DNA of 64,000 nucleotides from an uncultured bacterium (GTDB lineage Bacteria; Myxococcota_A; Bradymonadia; UBA7976; VGTA01): NCBI GenBank assembly GCA_943788935.1, contig CALSSE010000003.1, positions 150,493 to 214,492 of the forward strand, read 5' to 3'. Shown piece by piece: positions 39,676 to 49,198 of this stretch (position 1 is its first letter; each line of letters starts with the position of its first letter). The notes under the pieces were generated by a model. It saw only the letters and a program-made list of their open reading frames with translations, ran no database searches and was not told where the DNA came from. The position numbers and the translations under genes were made by a program.

Positions 39676-41364
39676 TTATTTACTAGTATGGTTATATACA
39701 CCACTCCATTGTTCATCTAGTACACCATCCATAAGAGCTTCGCATCTCTCGATAAACAGTCTAGGTAGAGGATCCTCGATATTGACTCTACCAGCTTCCC
39801 TGAACGCGAAGAGAGCCTCTTTAAATAGTCTATCTTTATATAGTTCAAATCCTCGAGAAGTTAACTCTAGCGTGGTCAATCTTTGCTCTTTTATCTCTTG
39901 GGGATGAGCATCGAGGACTTCAAAGATGGTAACTGGTGCATTTCGACCTTTAACGCGGACCAAGTCGAGTGGTCTGAGAAGGAATGAGTGATCTTCAGGG
40001 AGAGCTAAGACCACAGAGTCACTGATGATTAACGGACATTCATATGCCTTGGTCATCCCCTCTAAGCGAGCAGCTAAATTGACAGTGTCACCGATCACAG
40101 TACTCTCCCATCGCTCTTCTGAGCCAAGGGTGCCTAAGACCACTTCTCCCCAATGTATCCCGACCCCCATCTTGAGGGAGACTTGATCGACTGCGACAAA
40201 CTCATAGAGTTGGTGAAACATCTCAATACCCGCTTGAACAGCGCGCTCGGCTTTACGTGGAAACAGAGCCATAATCGCGTCACCGATGTATTTATCTACA
40301 AAACCATAGTTCTGATGAATGGAGGGAACGACGGCGTCGAGGTAACGATTGAGTAGATCAAAGATCTCTTGGGGTTCACGGGCTTCAGCGAGAGAGGTAA
40401 AGCCACGTAAGTCACTAAATAAGATCCCCAAATGCTGACGAGTCGAGTCACCTCTCTCTACGAGCGTTAGATCTGATCGACCTAAAAACTCTAGAAAGGG
40501 ACGTGGAACAAAGCGTACTGAGGCCTCGACGAGGGCTCTTTGTCTTTCATTAAGAATACGTAGTTGAGACTCCGCAGCTCTCCGTTCACGATTCTCTTCT
40601 TCCAAGTCAACCGTCTTCTTAGCGACCTCTGACTCTAACTGATTAATGAGGCGATAAAGGACGGCACCAAGTGACTTCAGTTCTCTTGGTCCTGAGGAGA
40701 TGGGTTGAAAAGAGATCCCCCCATCGAGAGCTTGACCTGCCGCATGAGAGAGGTTGGAGACAGGTTTAGATATCGATCGGGTACTCCACCAAGTGAGAAA
40801 TATAATCAGCATTAAGTAACATACAGACAAAAACCAGGCGGCGAAATAGAGCTTTTTACGCTCTCTATCGAGGCTCTCTATGTCTTGAGAAGCAATGCTC
40901 TTAGAGGCTTTGAATAAGACATGAAAGGCTTTTACAGCACCAAAGGAGAGCTGGTCATAGCGGTCATATTCATCCCCTTTAGTAGCTCCTTTGTGAATCT
41001 CTCCAAACAATAACTTAAGCTGCTCAAGCGATTGATACAGAACGTTTGTGTCATCTTTGGAGAAGTTGACTAGCGAGTCTACTTCCCTAATACGTTTCTC
41101 GATTTGCAGAATCTGAGAAGCCGCTGGCTGAGCTAGATAGCTATTTAACCCCTTGGAAGAGCCAAAGATTAGATCTCCTGTGGTCGTGAGCCTCGCTAAG
41201 TCTTCCTTCACATATTTAATACTACCTAGCGCTTTTGTACTCAGCGCTTGCTTATCTCTCTCTCTCTCTAAATCTTGATAGGAATAGGCGAGTCCACCAA
41301 CAAGAGCACAAGCTCCTAGGGCAACAATCGCTATTAATATGATCAAATAATTACGTACGCGCAT
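39676..41364 (-). CDS. Membrane-anchored class III adenylate/guanylate cyclase with periplasmic sensor and HAMP-like linker
   Basis: N-terminal TM, ~170-aa extracytoplasmic region, then a second TM. Cyclase core LGILFSDLRGFTSLAEAREPQEIFDLLNRYLD...KYIGDAIMALF. Confidence 0.75.
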   Translation of the reverse strand: MRVRNYLIILIAIVALGACALVGGLAYSYQDLERERDKQALSTKALGSIKYVKEDLARLTTTGDLIFGSSKGLNSYLAQPAASQILQIEKRIREVDSLVNFSKDDTNVLYQSLEQLKLLFGEIHKGATKGDEYDRYDQLSFGAVKAFHVLFKASKSIASQDIESLDRERKKLYFAAWFLSVCYLMLIIFLTWWSTRSISKPVSNLSHAAGQALDGGISFQPISSGPRELKSLGAVLYRLINQLESEVAKKTVDLEEENRERRAAESQLRILNERQRALVEASVRFVPRPFLEFLGRSDLTLVERGDSTRQHLGILFSDLRGFTSLAEAREPQEIFDLLNRYLDAVVPSIHQNYGFVDKYIGDAIMALFPRKAERAVQAGIEMFHQLYEFVAVDQVSLKMGVGIHWGEVVLGTLGSEERWESTVIGDTVNLAARLEGMTKAYECPLIISDSVVLALPEDHSFLLRPLDLVRVKGRNAPVTIFEVLDAHPQEIKEQRLTTLELTSRGFELYKDRLFKEALFAFREAGRVNIEDPLPRLFIERCEALMDGVLDEQWSGVYNHTSK

Positions 41365-41426
41365 GGGAGCTCCAAGTATTTATAGCCCTACTGACCGATC
41401 ATGAGAGCTCTACTCATCGAGAGATA

Positions 41427-42104
41427 TTATCTTGAGGTGGGAATGACCGGGTGCCAAACAGCTTTAGTAACAGCAAGCGTCTTGAGCGCAGAGCGGACTA
41501 AACGGTAAGCGAGCCCCTGGGCCTCTTCTGTTAACCCTTTAATAGGTGATGAGAGGGCTGTACCCTCTTTACTTAACGCAGGCCTTAAGTCATCAGAAGA
41601 CTTACCTTTTAAGAAGGATTTAAAGAGATCTTTCTGAACTTCATCCCTCGCCAAGTCACGACATCTCTGAAAGAAGAAGTCTTTTATTTTCAAGTCAGGT
41701 GTCAAGGCCCAAGTGATCTCGATTAGACCCCACTCTCCCTCTTCTGATCGAACATGGATATAGCCGATATGCTCTTTAGATTCTCCTTCACCTTTAAAAG
41801 CTGCATAAAGGGTATGGAGGCCGAGCTCTGCTTGATGAACAGTAAACTTCAGTTCACTCTTCACTTCTGCTCGGTGAGCGCTAGTGACCTCATCGGTAAA
41901 GGTCTCTAATGAAGAAGATTCAGGGAAGAGTCGCTGTTGTGCTCGATGAGGTTGGCGTAAGGCACAAAACGCTTGGGCGCTAGCCTCTCCTGCCGACATG
42001 ATCGTAGTCGCGCTCACTGGGATTCCCCATACACCGACCCATATCAGTACATAGGTTAAGAGAGATCTTTGAGAATCGGTCACTTGTCTGATCTCGCCAG
42101 TCAT
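41427..42104 (-). CDS. Hypothetical protein with N-terminal TM or signal
   Basis: 225 aa. Located between the cyclase and an OMP-like gene on the same strand. No recognised domain. Confidence 0.35.
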   Translation of the reverse strand: MTGEIRQVTDSQRSLLTYVLIWVGVWGIPVSATTIMSAGEASAQAFCALRQPHRAQQRLFPESSSLETFTDEVTSAHRAEVKSELKFTVHQAELGLHTLYAAFKGEGESKEHIGYIHVRSEEGEWGLIEITWALTPDLKIKDFFFQRCRDLARDEVQKDLFKSFLKGKSSDDLRPALSKEGTALSSPIKGLTEEAQGLAYRLVRSALKTLAVTKAVWHPVIPTSR

Positions 42105-42105
42105 C

Positions 42106-43278
42106 TCACCACCTATACCTTATCTGTAAACGTGCCATGGATGACTCGGTACCGCTCCTGAGAACCACTTCCCCGGCTACATAAAATGATCGAAACGGAG
42201 TATGAAGCACCCCAAAAGTGCTGCTCTCTTGTCGATCAGTGATTTCCAATATACTAGACTCCATCATCGGATTTAGGCTTAGCATACCTTGTTGACCTGC
42301 CTCAAGCTCAAGCATTGCATCCGCAGGTATTTCGAAGGCTTGAGGCTCTAGTGTTAAGGATAGATAGCGTTGTTGAAAGTAGATTATCCAATTTTCTGTT
42401 GAAGATTTCCAATGGATCTCAGCGAATAAAGAGAGCGCTTCTCTAGGGTCACCATAACTGGTTGCAATACTCTCATCCTCACCAAGAGACCCCTCCAATA
42501 AGATCCCTATTGGACCTTCATACTGGAGGTCTGCGCCTGCTCTCCATCTCTCTATTAAGCCTTGAGGGCTTTGTATTCTAGCGCTTAAACCTGAAAACCC
42601 TACTTGCACAGGGAGATTCCCTAGAGCGGGATAATCTCCATGAATCCCCAATCGAGCAACGCCCATATAAGTGTCATTTGCTCGGCTAAACCACTTCCCG
42701 CTACCGCTACCTAAACTTACATTATAGGTAAATATGCTCAGCTCGCCGTGAAGCTCTGCCCCCCAATCGAGCATCAGCCCCATATTGTCTTGACTGATCA
42801 TCTGTCGAAGGGTCTGTGTCGTATTAATCTGATTCCTTAGACCATAAGCATGCCACATATGACCTATTTTAAGATTTAGTCTACCTTGAGGGAGCAAGAT
42901 GATATTAGGGGCGATCACGCAGGGCGCATAATCAAAGCGAGCGTTACGCTCTGATTCATCGGCAGAGAGAGTCCTCATATCAAAGAGGTAAACTTGAGCA
43001 ACGAGGTCTCCTCGATGCTTCCCGCCAAAATAAAGATCTGAGTAAAAGTCAAAGCCCGCAAAATTCATCATCTTCAATGACGAAGCGTCGTGAGTTTGCG
43101 TTCTACTACCAGTATCTAGAGCCCATCTCGCCCCCCGAAAAAAGTCCGATTGGGGTTTGGCAGGAAGAGCTTGCGCGCTCTGAGTCTTCACCACCGGGAG
43201 GAGTAAAATGAAGAGTAAACATTGAATGAGTTTCCCTATCGCTTGCGAATAGGGTTTCCTTTTCATAAACACAACCAA
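42106..43278 (-). CDS. Putative outer-membrane beta-barrel protein
   Basis: Signal peptide. The C-terminus ...ARLQIRYRW has the aromatic terminal residue typical of OMP barrels. Confidence 0.4.
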   Translation of the reverse strand: MVVFMKRKPYSQAIGKLIQCLLFILLLPVVKTQSAQALPAKPQSDFFRGARWALDTGSRTQTHDASSLKMMNFAGFDFYSDLYFGGKHRGDLVAQVYLFDMRTLSADESERNARFDYAPCVIAPNIILLPQGRLNLKIGHMWHAYGLRNQINTTQTLRQMISQDNMGLMLDWGAELHGELSIFTYNVSLGSGSGKWFSRANDTYMGVARLGIHGDYPALGNLPVQVGFSGLSARIQSPQGLIERWRAGADLQYEGPIGILLEGSLGEDESIATSYGDPREALSLFAEIHWKSSTENWIIYFQQRYLSLTLEPQAFEIPADAMLELEAGQQGMLSLNPMMESSILEITDRQESSTFGVLHTPFRSFYVAGEVVLRSGTESSMARLQIRYRW

Positions 43279-43454
43279 TTTATTTTCACACTCTCAAGGG
43301 AGAATGATGACAAAAAATATCTCCCTAATGCATACTGAATCACGACATAGAAAAGATCAAAGTTGTCTTTACTTGACTATGGGCTTGTCTGACAATTTTT
43401 ACTCTATATACTATAAAGAGTAAAGCATACGCTAAGCGGCAAATAAAGCATACG

Positions 43455-44090
43455 CTAAGCGGCAAATATAGTAACCGCATAGCAGAGGTCTATTGAAGAC
43501 TCTCTAAAGGCTCGTACCGATTCGGTGATTGTACTTCCTGTGGTGACCACATCATCGATCACAATCACTAGCTCTGAATGCCATGAATCTTGATCTTGAA
43601 CATTAAGCCTCAAGGAACCACTCTGAGCACTTAAGCGCTCTATTCTAGTCAGCCCAGTCTGAGCAGGAGTCTCCTTAACTCTTTGTAGGCGATCAAAATC
43701 ACAGCGCGCCCTCCAGCTATTTAGCGGCGTACTCTCTGCTCTCTTTAGATCTATATTGAGACGCTCCTGTAATCGTTCAGCGATCAAATGTTGTGGGCTG
43801 AATCCACGACAAGCGAGACTCTCTGATCGATAGGGGACGGGACAGAGTGTGATCCCATTAACTCTCGGCATATGACCTTCGCTCACAATGCGATAAGTAG
43901 GTGAACAAAGTAATGTGATGAGTGAGTCACTCATCATTTTAACGCTATGGTTAAGAAGAGTTGAGAATAAACAAAGGTCACCGCGCCGCTTCGCTGATGT
44001 AAACAAGACCCATTGAGGATCACTCTTATGGTACACACTGAGAGTCGTGAGCTGTTCTTTACAATCGATGTTATGGTCCACTGTTAGCAC
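43455..44090 (-). CDS. comF: ComF-family phosphoribosyltransferase-domain protein
   Basis: PRTase motif ELVIVIDDVVTTGSTITESV at the C-terminus. Length and layout fit ComFC. Confidence 0.6.
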   Translation of the reverse strand: MLTVDHNIDCKEQLTTLSVYHKSDPQWVLFTSAKRRGDLCLFSTLLNHSVKMMSDSLITLLCSPTYRIVSEGHMPRVNGITLCPVPYRSESLACRGFSPQHLIAERLQERLNIDLKRAESTPLNSWRARCDFDRLQRVKETPAQTGLTRIERLSAQSGSLRLNVQDQDSWHSELVIVIDDVVTTGSTITESVRAFRESSIDLCYAVTIFAA

Positions 44091-44195
44091 ATCTTATTCT
44101 GATTAATATTCATTACTCTATCACTACTAATTTTTAACTATTTATGGATAAGTTAAGGCATATGAGATCAACCATTAAAAATCATCAATCGTTAT

Positions 44196-44240
44196 GTGTT
44201 GGCCTAATCGCTTTGTGTTGGCCTAATCGCTTTGTGTCAC
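44196..44240. repeat. 22-bp direct repeat x2 (tgtgttggcctaatcgctttg) immediately upstream of the 44250 gene
   Basis: Directly visible. Located in the promoter/5' region of the Cys-rich secreted protein gene. Confidence 0.85.
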
Positions 44241-44249
44241 TAACGCTTC

Positions 44250-46181
44250 ATGATAACGGATGAGGTAAAGTTTATGTTACATCAGATGACCTATTTAAAT
44301 GATCTTCTCCTACGCCCACTTTCTGTAGAGAGTCGCCAATTTCTCTTGATGACTCTAATCACAAGTCTCTTCTTAGCCCCCTCCTGCACTGACTCGCCTC
44401 CTGTAGACAATGGGGTGCTTAGCGTACCCCCCATGGGGCCTGAGGGAGTTCCGACTCGATGTCTTCAGCAAGTTGTTTGCCAAGGATCACTCGCGAGATA
44501 TTGCGTTGGGAGCGAAGATGAAATTGCGATCGATTGTGTCTCTACTGGGGGAATGTGTATCGCCGGTACCGGCTGTACGATCTGTACACCTAATGAACTA
44601 AGCTGTGATGGACTACAGATTATGTCTTGCTCAGCCGATGGCCAAACCAATACACCGACGACGACTTGTGACACTGCATGCTATAATGGAGCCTGTACTG
44701 ACCCCTGTGCACGAGCGGTCGCTGAGCGCTCTTATCAGGGATGCGAGTATTGGCCAACCCCGCTTAGTAATACTGTCGCCTCTCAATTCAATTTCGCTAT
44801 TGGGGTTGTCAACGTCAATGCTGAAGCGGTCAATATATCTATCAGAAGAGGTCAACAATCCATCGATCAAAGAGTGATCTCCCCAGGTCAACTAGAGGTG
44901 ATCGTCTTGCCATGGATTGAGGCGTTGAGCTATGAGGGAACCATCGACCAGAGCCCTGCTCCAATACAAGGATCTACACGAGTGATGCAAGGCGCTTATC
45001 AAGTCATCGCTGACCTTCCCGTCTCTATGTATCAGTTTAATCCTCTAGAGTACCGACAAGATGGTAATTGCGCCGTTGATGATCAAGATCCAAGCGATAA
45101 TGCATGCTACTCCTACTCCAATGATGCCTCACTCTTGCTGCCGACTCACGCGCTTGATAAGGATTATATCGTCCTTAGCTACCCTTCCTTAGGGATCGCC
45201 TTTCCTCAAGCCGGAGCGACTCTCACTAACCCAAGCTCTTTTCAAGTGATCGCGGTCAGTCCCGAGATAACTGAGGTAGAGATCACCTTCAGCGCGTCTA
45301 CAGCGGCGAGTCACCAAGGGACTATGCAAGCTTATCAAGCAGGGCAAAGCGCGACCTTCAGTTTAAGTCAGGGCGAGGTTTTGCAGTTCGCTGCCGCCCC
45401 CATTACTCGTTGTAATAATCCTACGGCTATAGATCAAGAGAGCCAACACTGTGAAGTAGGGAGTGAGGGAGACCTCTCTGGTAGCTTAGTGAGCGCCTCT
45501 AAACCTGTAGAAGTATTTGGGAGCCATACCTGTGCTTTTATCCCCTATAATGTCTTTGCCTGTGACCATTTGGAGGAGAGTATCTTCCCTCTGAGCGCAT
45601 GGGGGTCGCAGGCTGTAGTCACTAAGATTCAGCCTCTACTAGATGAACCGAGCATCGTCAGAGTTACCTCGGGGGCTGATGGTAACTCGATTTCTTTTGA
45701 TCCTCCTAATACACATCCTTCAGTTACTTTGAGCCAAGGAGAGATGGTTCAATTTGAGTCTAGAAGGGGGTTTGTCGTCAGCGGTAACAAAGGGCTTCAA
45801 GTCAGTCAGTTTTTAGTCGGTCAAAATTACTCGGCAGGCTCTTCACGTGATGGTTTTGGAGATCCTGCGTTCTCTCTCATTCCTCCCTCAGACCAGTTTC
45901 GTACTGACTACACCATATTAGCGCCACAGACCTACGCCATACATTTCTTGAATCTCACTATGCGTCAAGGCGCTAACATTACTTTAGACGGTCAGCCTCT
46001 CAATGAAGGTGACCCTATTGGCGATAGCCCATGGAGGGAACTAACGATGGAGATCGATGGAGGAGTCCACACCCTTGAAGGCGAAACCCCCTTTGGGGTC
46101 TGGGTATACGGCTTTGGTAATTATACCAGCTACATGTACCCTGGCGGACTCGACCTTAACGTGATCAATGATGTCCAATGA
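44250..46181 (+). CDS. Secreted Cys-rich hypothetical protein (643 aa)
   Basis: Signal/lipobox region (LFLAPSCTDS). The Cys-rich N-terminal ~130 aa give way to a large Ser/Gly/Gln-rich region. No family recognised. Confidence 0.5.
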   Translation: MITDEVKFMLHQMTYLNDLLLRPLSVESRQFLLMTLITSLFLAPSCTDSPPVDNGVLSVPPMGPEGVPTRCLQQVVCQGSLARYCVGSEDEIAIDCVSTGGMCIAGTGCTICTPNELSCDGLQIMSCSADGQTNTPTTTCDTACYNGACTDPCARAVAERSYQGCEYWPTPLSNTVASQFNFAIGVVNVNAEAVNISIRRGQQSIDQRVISPGQLEVIVLPWIEALSYEGTIDQSPAPIQGSTRVMQGAYQVIADLPVSMYQFNPLEYRQDGNCAVDDQDPSDNACYSYSNDASLLLPTHALDKDYIVLSYPSLGIAFPQAGATLTNPSSFQVIAVSPEITEVEITFSASTAASHQGTMQAYQAGQSATFSLSQGEVLQFAAAPITRCNNPTAIDQESQHCEVGSEGDLSGSLVSASKPVEVFGSHTCAFIPYNVFACDHLEESIFPLSAWGSQAVVTKIQPLLDEPSIVRVTSGADGNSISFDPPNTHPSVTLSQGEMVQFESRRGFVVSGNKGLQVSQFLVGQNYSAGSSRDGFGDPAFSLIPPSDQFRTDYTILAPQTYAIHFLNLTMRQGANITLDGQPLNEGDPIGDSPWRELTMEIDGGVHTLEGETPFGVWVYGFGNYTSYMYPGGLDLNVINDVQ

Positions 46182-46248
46182 ATACAGGAGCGCTTCATGA
46201 GTCAGATGAAGCTCTTTACTCTAATAAGAGATAATACTGATCCCTCTT

Positions 46249-46401
46249 AGTCTTTAACTGAGAGTCTTTAAGTGAGAGTCTTTAACTGAGAGTCTTTAAG
46301 TGAGAGTCTTTAAGTGAGAGTCTTTAAGTGAGAGTCTCTAAGTGAGAGTCTCTAAGTGAGAGTCTCTAAGTGAGAGTCTTTAAGTGAGAGTCTTTAAGTG
46401 A
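46249..46401. repeat. 14-bp tandem repeat (gagagtctttaagt and ctct/taac variants) x~11 abutting the start codon of the 46398 gene
   Basis: Directly visible. The array ends at the GTG called as start. An in-frame ATG lies 21 bp downstream. Confidence 0.9.
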
Positions 46402-47582
46402 ATTTCCATGGAGTTCTGATGCTTTTACCTCCTCATCAAGGCCTACCTCTTCATAAGTCATTAGTTGCCATGGCCATCTTTATCCTCAGCGCGTTGATCG
46501 GTTGTGGTTCTAGCGCTCCTAAGTTGTATTACGAGGGGACGATGATCAAGATGCGGTCTCCTCAAAAAAACGAACGTCAACGACTGATCGCAGATCTCTC
46601 TAACTCGCTCGGGAAAAGATCTGTTTTTCGCATGAGCCGAGGTCAAAAGAAAAAAGTTTATGGGGCGAGGAAGAACCGCTTAAAGTCACTCTCTCATCCT
46701 GAGCTTAAAGCCATCTTTATCGCCAAAGATAAAAAGTTCATAGGCGCTGAGATCGATCTAAAGGTCATGATGCTCGATAAGAAATCGTCAGTACCAGTCA
46801 CGGTATGGATCGCCCTCAATCAATCGATTACGGTAGAAGAGGGCCAATGGAAATCGAGCAGAGTTCCTCAAAACTCACGAGAGATCGAAGAGAAATGGAG
46901 AGTCGGTCCTCTCAAAGTAAAACGAGGAGCGAAGTGGTCCAAGCGAGCGCTTCGCTCTATTAACATAGCCCTCTCTAAACTCAACAGTGAAGAGCGTTCA
47001 TTAATCAAAGGGATCCCTGTTGTTCGAAAAAAGAAAGGAAAGGACGCACAAGCTGCTCTTTATATCCAACAGGGAGACTGCAAGGCGTTCATTCATATCT
47101 TTAATCTAGCGATTAAATCTGAGCGCTTCACCTTCTCGGGTGAGGCTAAGGCCGCTCTCCCCGCTACCGTTCACCCCGTGTTACATGAGATCGGTCACGC
47201 GGTTCATAGCTACCCTTCTCGTATGGTGCATTGCGAGATGATCAAAAAACAAAATGCTTTTAATCGTAAAGTGAAACGAGCAAATAAGGCTCAAGGGTCA
47301 AAGCGGACTAAACTAGGGAGAGAATTAGAGAGAGAGAGGCCAAAACTTGAGCGCCTTATAGCTAAGTTTAAATCATTACAGAGCCGAGGACCGGTCCTTA
47401 AGGCTTACCTAAAGGCGAGAGGCCAATCGAAGGGCCCAACGTCTTATGGGGAAACCTCTGATAAGGAGTCTTTCGCTGAATCTTTTGCCCTTTACAAGGT
47501 TGACCCTCCTGCGCTTAAACGAGTCATGCCAAGGGTGTTCGCTTGGTTTAAGTCAGAAGGTCATCTGAAATCGATTAAGTGA
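46398..47582 (+). CDS. Basic lipoprotein with an anthrax-lethal-factor/PPEP-like (MEROPS M34-type) zinc metallopeptidase signature
   Basis: Lipobox LIGCGSS. Zinc motif VLHEIGHAVH, and downstream TSYGETSDKESFAESFALYKV. These compare with lethal factor HEFGHAV ... TSYGRTNEAEFFAEAFRLM, recalled from memory. Confidence 0.5.
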   Translation: MNFHGVLMLLPPHQGLPLHKSLVAMAIFILSALIGCGSSAPKLYYEGTMIKMRSPQKNERQRLIADLSNSLGKRSVFRMSRGQKKKVYGARKNRLKSLSHPELKAIFIAKDKKFIGAEIDLKVMMLDKKSSVPVTVWIALNQSITVEEGQWKSSRVPQNSREIEEKWRVGPLKVKRGAKWSKRALRSINIALSKLNSEERSLIKGIPVVRKKKGKDAQAALYIQQGDCKAFIHIFNLAIKSERFTFSGEAKAALPATVHPVLHEIGHAVHSYPSRMVHCEMIKKQNAFNRKVKRANKAQGSKRTKLGRELERERPKLERLIAKFKSLQSRGPVLKAYLKARGQSKGPTSYGETSDKESFAESFALYKVDPPALKRVMPRVFAWFKSEGHLKSIK

Positions 47583-47591
47583 CGCGAGTCA

Positions 47592-48116
47592 TCAACGCCA
47601 AGGGTTTAATAAAATCACTTGCTCCATAATGGCGCTGAATGGTTTCTTGGCCGTTTTGGTGAGGTTTTCATCCCATCCCCATACTGGCTCTTGACCTTGT
47701 TCTGTCAATGTTTGATGGCAGAGGATCACCACCCATCCTATCCCAGCGCCCGCCAATATAGAGGTAGGTGCAGAATGATCAGTCTCATCACCCTGTCTAA
47801 AGAGAGATAGGCGACGTGAACCTCTCTGCTGATAGAGATGATAACGGGTCGCTCCATCTTTAGTGATGACCATTAAGTTCTCATCGCGAGAGACGACCTG
47901 ATAGCCATGATGGGCTAACTTCGCAGTTAAAAGGTCAAACAGCTCTTGGTGATCACTCCCCTCATCTCTCTCATTAAGTTTTACCCAATGAGGCACCGTG
48001 AATCTAGCGAGGGAGGGGAGGAGGAGTATCCCTAACAAGATAATAGAGAGGAGAGTACCAATCATAAAGAGAGCGACCTCACCAATCGCTAATACCGTTG
48101 TGGGGTTATGTTCCAT
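47592..48116 (-). CDS. Hypothetical membrane protein
   Basis: N-terminal TM helix followed by a ~130-aa soluble domain. No motif recognised. Confidence 0.35.
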   Translation of the reverse strand: MEHNPTTVLAIGEVALFMIGTLLSIILLGILLLPSLARFTVPHWVKLNERDEGSDHQELFDLLTAKLAHHGYQVVSRDENLMVITKDGATRYHLYQQRGSRRLSLFRQGDETDHSAPTSILAGAGIGWVVILCHQTLTEQGQEPVWGWDENLTKTAKKPFSAIMEQVILLNPWR

Positions 48117-48232
48117 AAGCCTTTTCGCTCCTAGCGATGAGTCATCGATTAATCAATGAAGTGGTGAATGAGTCTAATATGGAGTTATCTATCATCAAAT
48201 GATCAAGGCTGAAGTGATTTATATCCATAATC

Positions 48233-48350
48233 GCTAAATAGGAACTCACTTCCGCTTTAATCAACAGATGTCATACACAGATGTCATACACAGATGTCAT
48301 ATACTGAGAGAGCGTCTCACTTCTAAATAGGAACTCACTTCCGCTTTAAT
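48233..48350. repeat. Two identical 28-bp elements (ctaaataggaactcacttccgctttaat) flanking three 13-bp iterons (cagatgtcataca); candidate centromere or operator region downstream of parB
   Basis: Directly visible. The element core GGAACTCACTTCC is an imperfect palindrome. A third, inverted copy lies at 51180-51207. Confidence 0.85.
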
Positions 48351-48382
48351 ATAAAAACGAGAGACTCGCTAGAGAGTCCACC

Positions 48383-49198
48383 TTAATCTTTAGAGAGCTT
48401 AAGAGCTTTCTCTAGCTGACTGAGCAGCTGTTTATCCTCTCGCAAGAGGGGATGATCTAACCACTTGTTAACCTGTCGGCTTATGCTCTTTCGTAGTTTT
48501 AAGCGGTCTCTCTCGGGGGTAGATCTTTCTGTTTTTTTACTACGACTAGTCCCCTGTCCCCCCTCCGAATGTAGCTCTTCTGACTTTGTCAGGTCCTCAT
48601 TGAGCAGCGCTCTCACATAACGTGTTGAGACTCCAAAAGTGTTTGCCAAAAAAGGAGTTAACGCTCGCTCTCCTTTTTTTAGTCGGCCCGGTCGACGAGT
48701 AAAACTAGAGTCTGTGGCGATCAGTCGTTGAGCAGCTGCTTGTACTTGCTCAGGGGTAAGGTTACTGCGTTTCTCGTTCTCAGCGATCTCTTTAATGAGC
48801 GCTTGTTCTGGCTGGAGAGTCGCGTCTAGGTCAGGATCTACCACAACAGGAATCTTAGACCACCGTTGTGAATCTTCTTGATGTAACCGCTTAAAGGCAG
48901 TGAGGCGGTGAGCACCGGCGACGAGATGAAAGTTTCTATCTAAATAAATAGGCTGGATTAAGCCTACTAATTTAATCGATTCCATCAGTGCCAATACATG
49001 CTCATTATCCACAGGCCGTGTGTCTTCGCTTGGCCGTTCTTTAATCATCTGAACAGAGAGTAAACGAGCCGCATTTTCGCGACGAACGTTATCCTCTTCT
49101 ACCTTAATATCAGCGACGGCTGAACGACGACCAGCGGCAACCGCTAAAGCTGCTGCCCCTCCTAGCCCTTTCTTTCCTCTAGATAGCTTACCCGCCAT
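48383..49198 (-). CDS. parB: ParB/Srx-domain partition protein (ParB-like nuclease domain)
   Basis: HVLALMESIKLVGLIQPIYLDRNFHLVAGAHRLTAFKRL is a ParB N-terminal domain. A C-terminal HTH-like region follows. Overlaps parA by 11 bp. Confidence 0.7.
   Translation of the reverse strand: MAGKLSRGKKGLGGAAALAVAAGRRSAVADIKVEEDNVRRENAARLLSVQMIKERPSEDTRPVDNEHVLALMESIKLVGLIQPIYLDRNFHLVAGAHRLTAFKRLHQEDSQRWSKIPVVVDPDLDATLQPEQALIKEIAENEKRSNLTPEQVQAAAQRLIATDSSFTRRPGRLKKGERALTPFLANTFGVSTRYVRALLNEDLTKSEELHSEGGQGTSRSKKTERSTPERDRLKLRKSISRQVNKWLDHPLLREDKQLLSQLEKALKLSKD

Noticed and set aside
41427-42104. FMN-binding (FMN_bind) domain in the 225-aa protein
   Set aside because: There is only a loose resemblance (GYIHVRSEEGEWGLIEI). 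It lacks the conserved S/T-E-T-P-G-L-G motif, so it was not called.
46249-46401. CRISPR array considered for the 14-bp x11 tandem array, and for the arrays at 35585, 39586 and 33508
   Set aside because: The repeats are contiguous with no unique spacers. Unit lengths of 5-15 bp are far below CRISPR repeat size. No cas genes in the window.
48233-48350. CRISPR-like repeat-spacer-repeat at 48.2 kb
   Set aside because: Only two copies of a 28-bp element, and the intervening 61 bp is itself three iterons. It fits a centromere or operator better than a CRISPR locus.
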